From: an uncultured Nitrospiraceae bacterium
Lineage (GTDB): Bacteria; Nitrospirota; Thermodesulfovibrionia; Thermodesulfovibrionales; Dissulfurispiraceae
DNA: 64,000 nt
NCBI GenBank assembly: GCA_963727805.1
Contig: CAVSHF010000003.1
Span: 1,696,001 to 1,760,000 of the forward strand
Direction of reading: 5' to 3'
Below are positions 57,790 to 64,000 of the stretch, in pieces; the first letter of the stretch is position 1; each line of letters begins with the position of its first letter. The notes beneath the pieces were generated by a model. That model ran no database searches, was not told the DNA's origin, and saw only the letters and a list, made by a program, of their open reading frames with translations. The translations under genes and the position numbers were made by a program.

Positions 57790-59172
57790 ATGCCCCCCAA
57801 ATATCATATTCATGCCGGCCAAGTAGCGAACCGGTTTCAGGCGATAACCCGGTCTGGTGTCATTGCCTGGGAAGAAGGCTGCCTCAAATGCGCCCGCTGC
57901 GTAAAAAAGGATTGCGTCTACAAGGTATATGAAAAGCGGGGCATTGATTCCCGCCAGATGCTCGAATCCCTCGACAGTGTCTGCATGGACTGCTTCCGCT
58001 GCGTCCAGGGCTGTCCGAACAAACTTATCCAGAAGGGTCTCAATCCCTCATATAAGGCCCTCGGGGATCATTACTGGACTCCGGAGATTATTTCGGGACT
58101 CTGGTACCAGGCAGAAGCAGGCCGTATCCCGGTGTCGGGCGGCGGCTACGGGGGACCTTTCTCCGGACCCGGGTATGATGCCATGTGGACGGATATGTCC
58201 GAAATAGTACGTCCTACGAGAGATGGTATCCATGGCCGCGAATACATAAGCACTACCGCTGATATAGGCCGCAAGGTGATGGCACTCGAATTCGATCAGT
58301 CAGGGGCACTGACGATTACTCCTCCGCCCATTGTGGAGATTCCGCTGCCGCTTTTGTTCGACATCCTACCGTGGTCTCCGCCGCGGAAAGGGATCAATCT
58401 GGCCCTGCTCGAAGGAGCGCGCTCATTGGGGACCTTTGCCATAATCAGGCAAAGTGAGTATGGTTCGGCGATGGAGCAGTATCTGCAGAACATGGTTCTC
58501 TTCGTTGACGGACGTTTATCCGATATTGATTCCGCTGTTCTGAGCAAGTTGCGATTGATAGAGATTCCTTATGGGAAAGAGGTTATCGCCACACAGAACT
58601 CCTTAAAAGAGAAGTTCCCCGGCATCGTGACAATTATCCGGATGGACCTCAGTCCTGATTCATCTGAAAATATCATTCGACTCACCGCAGAAGGCGCCGA
58701 GGTTATACATCTTGTTGCCGATGAATATGGCCTTGAAAGAGCCGACAGGCCTCTCTTTATTAAAGAACGGATGAGGGAGATACACCTTCACCTCGTAGCG
58801 AAGGGAGTGCGTGACCAAATCACCCTCATTTCAGGTGGGGGCATCGCTATGGCGGAGCATGTGGCAAAGCAGATCATCTGCGGTTCAGACCTGGTGTCCG
58901 TCGACATACCACTTCTCATTGCTATGGAGTGCAGGGTATGCCGCCGCTGCAAGGAGGGCATTGCGTGTCCTGTGGAGCTTGACAGTGTCGACACCGTTTG
59001 GGGCGCCGGCCGGGTAAGGAATCTGATGGTAGGCTGGCATAACCAGCTTATCGAGATACTCGGTGCCATGGGTATACGCGAGGTGAGAAGACTACGGGGA
59101 GAAATGGGTCGTGCCATGTTCTTCGAGGATCTCGAAAAAGATATCTTTGCCACACTGGGTAGAAGGGGTTGA
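57790..59172 (+). CDS. Glutamate-synthase-related FMN-barrel paralogue with N-terminal ferredoxin (catalytic motifs degenerate)
   Basis: CLKCARC, CMDCFRCVQGCP, SEIVRPTRDG, SGGGI, CRVCRRC; lacks MSFGS, GEGG and QGAKPG. Confidence 0.8.
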   Translation: MPPKYHIHAGQVANRFQAITRSGVIAWEEGCLKCARCVKKDCVYKVYEKRGIDSRQMLESLDSVCMDCFRCVQGCPNKLIQKGLNPSYKALGDHYWTPEIISGLWYQAEAGRIPVSGGGYGGPFSGPGYDAMWTDMSEIVRPTRDGIHGREYISTTADIGRKVMALEFDQSGALTITPPPIVEIPLPLLFDILPWSPPRKGINLALLEGARSLGTFAIIRQSEYGSAMEQYLQNMVLFVDGRLSDIDSAVLSKLRLIEIPYGKEVIATQNSLKEKFPGIVTIIRMDLSPDSSENIIRLTAEGAEVIHLVADEYGLERADRPLFIKERMREIHLHLVAKGVRDQITLISGGGIAMAEHVAKQIICGSDLVSVDIPLLIAMECRVCRRCKEGIACPVELDSVDTVWGAGRVRNLMVGWHNQLIEILGAMGIREVRRLRGEMGRAMFFEDLEKDIFATLGRRG

Positions 59173-59176
59173 TACA

Positions 59177-60697
59177 ATGGGAACAGACACACATAAACTC
59201 ATGCTGCCTGATGTGAAAAAAGTGCCGAGCCGTTTCCGTAATGCCCTCGGTAAATATCGCGTAGCGGTATCTAAGGCATGCAATAACTGCGGACTCTGCA
59301 TAACGCTTTGCCCTTATGGAGTATACAAGGCAGGATCAAAAAAACCGCGAGTCGCAGCCGATCATCTTTGCCTCGGGTTTCCCTGCAGCTCGAACGAATT
59401 CTACTGCGTGAGCAGATGCCCGGAAAAGGCAATTCATCTAAGTCTGAATCCATCCTTTGAGATCCTGGGTGACAAACGATGGTCGGCTGATCTTCTTGCC
59501 AGCACATGGCATATGGCAGAGACCGGAGAACTTCCTTATCAAGGACTCAACTATAAGACAGGTGATTCAGGCGGCGGGTTTGATAAGCTCCGTTTTATAT
59601 TCCCCAGGGGAAAAGAGCTGGATGTCCCTGATGAAGCAATATCCACAGCCATTGAACTTAATCGTACCGGAGATTCAAGGCCGGGGATCGAGATACCTGT
59701 TCCGTTCTATCTTGGAGGTATGTCATTCGGCTCTGTCAGTATTGTGACCATGCTCTCCCGCGTCAAAGCTGCGGCTGCGCTCAATACCTTCTGCTGTACC
59801 GGAGAAGGTGGATACCCTGAAGAACTGATCCCTTACGATGATCACATCATCACGCAAGTTGCAACGGGTCTCTTCGGGGTAAGAGAAGAGACGCTCAAGA
59901 GGGTCCGGATAGTCGAATTCAAGTATGCTCAGGGGGCAAAACCTGGTCTCGGCGGACATCTTCTCGGTGACAAAGTGACGCCGCGTGTTGCCGCTATGCG
60001 CGAGGCAGTAGCAGGAAGCGCCCTCTTTTCACCGTTTCCATTCCATAGCGTCTACTCGGTGGAAGACCACAAGAAGCATGTAGACTGGATAAAGGAGACA
60101 AACCCCCGTACCCTCGTGTCGGTAAAGGTCTCCACACCGACTGACGTGGACATGGTTGCCGTGGGAAGTTATTATGCCGGTGCCCATATCATTCAGCTTG
60201 ACGGAAGTTACGGCGGAACAGGCGCCGCACCTGATATCGCAAAAAAGAATATTGCTATGCCCATCGAATATGCCGTACCCAAGGTGCATAAATTCCTGTC
60301 TGAAGAGGGGATCAGGGACAAGATAACAATTATCGCGAGCGGCGGGATACGCACCGCGCATGATATGGCTAAAGCCATTGCCCTGGGCGCAAATGGCGTA
60401 TGTCTCGGTACAGCCGATCTCGTGGCCCTCGAATGCATCCGCTGTCACCATTGTGAATCAGGTCGCGGCTGTGCCAGGGGTATTGCCACAACAGACGATC
60501 AACTTACGAACCTCATGGAACTCGAATGGGCGACTCAGCGCATTGTCAACATGTATCTGACCTGGCGGCGCCAGCTTGTCTCCATCCTCAAACGTCTGGG
60601 GATGAAGAGCGTTACAGAGCTTGTGGGACGATTTGATGTGATTGGTCACCTCGATTACATTAAGCAGGAAGAGATACAAGGGGAGTTGGAACTATGA
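59177..60697 (+). CDS. Glutamate synthase FMN-binding subunit with N-terminal ferredoxin
   Basis: CNNCGLC, GGMSFGS, TGEGG, KYAQGAKPGLGGHL, DGSYGGTGA, CIRCHHC. Confidence 0.9.
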   Translation: MGTDTHKLMLPDVKKVPSRFRNALGKYRVAVSKACNNCGLCITLCPYGVYKAGSKKPRVAADHLCLGFPCSSNEFYCVSRCPEKAIHLSLNPSFEILGDKRWSADLLASTWHMAETGELPYQGLNYKTGDSGGGFDKLRFIFPRGKELDVPDEAISTAIELNRTGDSRPGIEIPVPFYLGGMSFGSVSIVTMLSRVKAAAALNTFCCTGEGGYPEELIPYDDHIITQVATGLFGVREETLKRVRIVEFKYAQGAKPGLGGHLLGDKVTPRVAAMREAVAGSALFSPFPFHSVYSVEDHKKHVDWIKETNPRTLVSVKVSTPTDVDMVAVGSYYAGAHIIQLDGSYGGTGAAPDIAKKNIAMPIEYAVPKVHKFLSEEGIRDKITIIASGGIRTAHDMAKAIALGANGVCLGTADLVALECIRCHHCESGRGCARGIATTDDQLTNLMELEWATQRIVNMYLTWRRQLVSILKRLGMKSVTELVGRFDVIGHLDYIKQEEIQGELEL

Positions 60698-63345
60698 AAC
60701 ATTTAAACAATAGAGACGCAATAATTAGATCGCGATACTATTTCCGCGAGGCCGACCGGCTGGTAAATCGAAGTACGATTGAAGCTGAAGAAGGCGGTTG
60801 TGGCGTTACCGGTTTTGCCTGCAATATTCGCGTGAGCGGTCGTCACATATTCACTCCTTCTGTTCAGATGCATAACAGGGGAAACGGCAAAGGGGGAGGT
60901 CTTGCAGCTGTCGGCCTGAGTCCCGACAAGCTCGGAGTGGACCAGGAAACTCTCGACAGTCATTTCCTCCTGCAAGTTGCAATCCTTGACAAGACAGTCG
61001 TACAAGAGATGGAGGCGCGTTTTATCCACCCTCACTTCCGGGTTGCCCATGAAGCGGCCGTCGATGCACTAGATGACTACAGGGACATTGCAGGCCTTGA
61101 GGTTAAGCCTCCGGCGGTGAAACGCTATTTTGTGCGGGTAAAACCGGAAGTCCTTGCCCTTTTCCAGAAAGAGCGCGGACTGGAAATGCTGTCTTATGAC
61201 AGGGCAGAGGAAGAGTTCATCTTCCAGAATACGTACCAGTTGAACCTTGCCCTGTACAGTTCCCTCGGTGAGAAAAAGGCCTTTGTTCTTTCCCACGGCA
61301 GGAACATGATGATACTGAAGATAGTGGGTTATGCCGAGCAGGTGGCCCAATACTATAAACTAGAAAACTTTGATGCCAATATATGGATAGCCCATCAGCG
61401 GTATCCCACCAAGGGCCGGGTCTGGCATCCCGGCGGGGCTCATCCCTTCATAGGCCTTAATGAAGCCCTTGTGCACAATGGAGACTTTGCGAATTATTAT
61501 TCCGTATCCGACTATCTTCGCCAACGCAATATCTATCCGCTTTTCCTTACCGATACAGAGGTTTCTGTTCATGTGTTCGACCTCCTGAGCAGAGTATACG
61601 GGTATCCTCTTGAGTACATAATTGAAGCCCTTGCCCCTACGGGAGAGATGGATTTCGATCATCTACCGAAAGAAAAACAACTCATCTATAGACAGATCCA
61701 GGCTACCCACATCCATGGCTCTCCTGACGGACCCTGGTTCTTCATCATCGCCCGCAACAATGTTCAGAAAAAAAAGTTCCAGCTTATCGGCATTACCGAT
61801 ACAGCCATGCTGCGGCCACAGGTCTTTGCCTTGCAGAAAGGGGCAGTGGAGATAGGACTGATCTGTTCGGAAAAACAGGCGATAGATGCGACCCTGGAAA
61901 GCCTCGCAAAAGAAGACCCGCGTTTCGGTACGATAGCAGACCATTACTGGAATGCCCGTGGCGGTAGTTACACTGATGGCGGGGCTTTTATCTTCACAAT
62001 ACAGGAGTCTGCACCAGGAAAGATGAGTCTCACCTGTACGGATAAATTCGGACGGCTTGTGGATGTTCCAACAGACCAGACACCTCTTGATAGCAGAGCC
62101 CACTCGCAGGCGGCACCGACCACTCCTGTGGCTCTCTCAAAAGACATCCTTAAAGACATGTCCGAGGGCAACGCAGAAAAGATATTTACCGGCTTGAAAG
62201 CGCGTTTTGTTGAATGGGACTATACACAGCTCTCCACATTCCTCAACCAGATCGTCGCCCTTGCAGAGAAGGATGATCTGAGGAAGACGGCAATCGCTCT
62301 GCTCGCGCTCCTTCTTGACCGACACTACTTTACAGGAAACATGAGACGGCGTTCAGTGCTCCAGATGGTCTCCGACGCACTCGATTCTATCTTCAGGGCT
62401 ATTCCTATGATCAGTGAGACTAAAAGCGCTCTATCCTGCTGTAAAATTGATTTTTACAACCGTCATATACTTCGTGCCCCAGCGAAAGGGGAAAAGGTCT
62501 TGGTTGCTGACGCGGGACTATTCCCTCCCGAAGGTGATGACTCATTCGCCCGTCTTATCTCAGACGCGTACAGTCTCGGCTGGAAGCGGTTCATCTGTTT
62601 CGGCCAGCGTGGTCAGCGCTTTCTTGGGTGCGGGGTTGGTCCCGACACAAAGGGAGTGCGTATAGACTCCTTCGGCTCTTCGGGAGACTATCTCGGTTCC
62701 GGCATGGACGGACTTGAAATCTTCGTGCACGGAAATGCCCAGGACCAACTCGGGCAGATTATGAAATCGGGGAAACTCGTCGTGCATGGTGATGTAGGGC
62801 AGACGTTCATGTACGGGGCGAAAGGCGGCGAGGTCTATGTGCTCGGAAATGCTGCAGGCCGTCCCCTCATCAATGCGTGTGGCAAACCGAGGGTTGTCAT
62901 AAACGGCACAGCACTCGACTACCTGGCGGAATCTTTTATGGCGGGCGATCCTTACAAGGGCGGCGGTTTCGTTATTCTGAACGGCCTGACCTTTGATAAA
63001 GATGGAAAGATGGTCCCTCTGGAGATACCCTATCCCGGATCGAATATCTTCTCACTCGCATCAGGTGGAGCAATTTTTGTGCGCGACCCGCATCAGTCCA
63101 TCGTACAGGAGCAGTTGAATGGAGGTCAGATCCTGCCCTTTAGGAAAAAAGACTGGAAGCTGATACTCCCCTATCTGAAGGAGAATGAACGACTATTCGG
63201 CATCGGGATAGATGAACTCCTTACTGTGGACGGCAAACTTTGCAAACCTGAAGAGGTCTATCGCACTATTGGAGCGGTAAAGCTCGCCGTCCTTTCGGGG
63301 ACCGCCGCCATCGCCATGAATGAAGAGTGGGAAGAGGAAGATTAG
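60694..63345 (+). CDS. Glutamate synthase amidotransferase (Ntn) plus GXGXG beta-helix subunit
   Basis: EEGGCGV, HNRG, AHQRYPT, AHPF, HNGD, TDTE, DGP, LRP; C-terminal GXGXG repeats. Confidence 0.9.
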   Translation: MKHLNNRDAIIRSRYYFREADRLVNRSTIEAEEGGCGVTGFACNIRVSGRHIFTPSVQMHNRGNGKGGGLAAVGLSPDKLGVDQETLDSHFLLQVAILDKTVVQEMEARFIHPHFRVAHEAAVDALDDYRDIAGLEVKPPAVKRYFVRVKPEVLALFQKERGLEMLSYDRAEEEFIFQNTYQLNLALYSSLGEKKAFVLSHGRNMMILKIVGYAEQVAQYYKLENFDANIWIAHQRYPTKGRVWHPGGAHPFIGLNEALVHNGDFANYYSVSDYLRQRNIYPLFLTDTEVSVHVFDLLSRVYGYPLEYIIEALAPTGEMDFDHLPKEKQLIYRQIQATHIHGSPDGPWFFIIARNNVQKKKFQLIGITDTAMLRPQVFALQKGAVEIGLICSEKQAIDATLESLAKEDPRFGTIADHYWNARGGSYTDGGAFIFTIQESAPGKMSLTCTDKFGRLVDVPTDQTPLDSRAHSQAAPTTPVALSKDILKDMSEGNAEKIFTGLKARFVEWDYTQLSTFLNQIVALAEKDDLRKTAIALLALLLDRHYFTGNMRRRSVLQMVSDALDSIFRAIPMISETKSALSCCKIDFYNRHILRAPAKGEKVLVADAGLFPPEGDDSFARLISDAYSLGWKRFICFGQRGQRFLGCGVGPDTKGVRIDSFGSSGDYLGSGMDGLEIFVHGNAQDQLGQIMKSGKLVVHGDVGQTFMYGAKGGEVYVLGNAAGRPLINACGKPRVVINGTALDYLAESFMAGDPYKGGGFVILNGLTFDKDGKMVPLEIPYPGSNIFSLASGGAIFVRDPHQSIVQEQLNGGQILPFRKKDWKLILPYLKENERLFGIGIDELLTVDGKLCKPEEVYRTIGAVKLAVLSGTAAIAMNEEWEEED

Positions 63346-63370
63346 AGGATAACTTCTGAGGACGGCTCAT

Positions 63371-64000
63371 ATATCCTTAAAAAGCTCACGGAAAGACAGT
63401 AGAAACAAACAGCCTTCAGATCTTCTTTTCACACTCCTCATGGTTCTCTCCATGGTCATCTGGGGTGGCAGCTGGGTATCTGCAAAGGTTATGGCCGTGC
63501 GTCTCACACCTGAGCTGCTCAGTTTCTGGCGGTTTCTTCTGAGTTTTCTGTCCTTTGTGCCCCTGCTCATAATCCTCCGAATACCACTCGTGCTTTCAGG
63601 CCAGGGCGTAGGGTACAGCGCATTCGGCGCTTTTTTTATCAGCGCCTACATGTATTATTTCTTCAGGGGGCTGGAGCATGGATTGGCGGGAGCTGCGGGC
63701 GTGCTGGTCACCTCGATGATGCCGCTGATGACCTTGCTGTTCTCCCTGCTCCTCCTTAAAAAGAAGACGACAGGACGTGACATTGCCGGTCTGGTGGTAG
63801 GTATGGCCGGTGCTGCGGTACTTCTCAGGCTCTGGACCTTCGATGCGCACGACCTTTTCCAGAGCAGTAATGTCCTATTCGTCCTCTGCTCAGCCCTCTG
63901 GGCCCTCGTGACAATCAGCAGTCAGCGGGCCGCCGAAACCATTTCACCCTATATGTTCAGCTTCATGACGTATGGCTTTTCAACCCTCTTCTTTCTCCCG
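63371..64000 (+). CDS. EamA/DMT-family transporter (partial; ATA at 63371 or ATG at 63440)
   Basis: Manual translation: MVIWGGSWVSAK, FWRF, FFRGLEHG, LLLKRR, hydrophobic helices; open to the window end. Confidence 0.85.
   Translation, partial: MSLKSSRKDSRNKQPSDLLFTLLMVLSMVIWGGSWVSAKVMAVRLTPELLSFWRFLLSFLSFVPLLIILRIPLVLSGQGVGYSAFGAFFISAYMYYFFRGLEHGLAGAAGVLVTSMMPLMTLLFSLLLLKKKTTGRDIAGLVVGMAGAAVLLRLWTFDAHDLFQSSNVLFVLCSALWALVTISSQRAAETISPYMFSFMTYGFSTLFFLP

Overview
Bacterial chromosomal window. The rRNA sequence and gene content suggest an anaerobic Nitrospirota/Thermodesulfovibrionia-like organism; this is my recollection of those lineages, not a database result. In order: a truncated hrpB; an accessory stretch (repeat-rich secreted protein, PAS histidine kinase, pseudo-receiver, small proteins); a full rRNA operon on the minus strand (16S, tRNA-Ile, tRNA-Ala, 23S, 5S) with a divergent tRNA-Val(CAC); an intact IS21 with a 5-bp target duplication. 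Next is a sigma54-driven Mo-nitrogenase cluster on the minus strand (nifH-D-K-EN fusion-X-I1-I2-fdx-[dead IS200]-nifV, then nifB-small ORFs-hesA-modA-dead modB), with a highly divergent RelA/SpoT-synthetase-like gene next to nifH. Then come ugd, an outer-membrane porin, pilW-like TPR, mfd, nifU-nifS, plsC, a CysRS paralogue with a rewired active site and no anticodon domain, and a MATE pump. The window ends with a tightly coupled mvhD-metV-metF operon carrying a three-part glutamate-synthase-like complex with no GltD. Best candidates for undescribed biology: that operon, the CysRS paralogue and the RSH-like enzyme. All product calls come from motifs read by eye; no searches were run.
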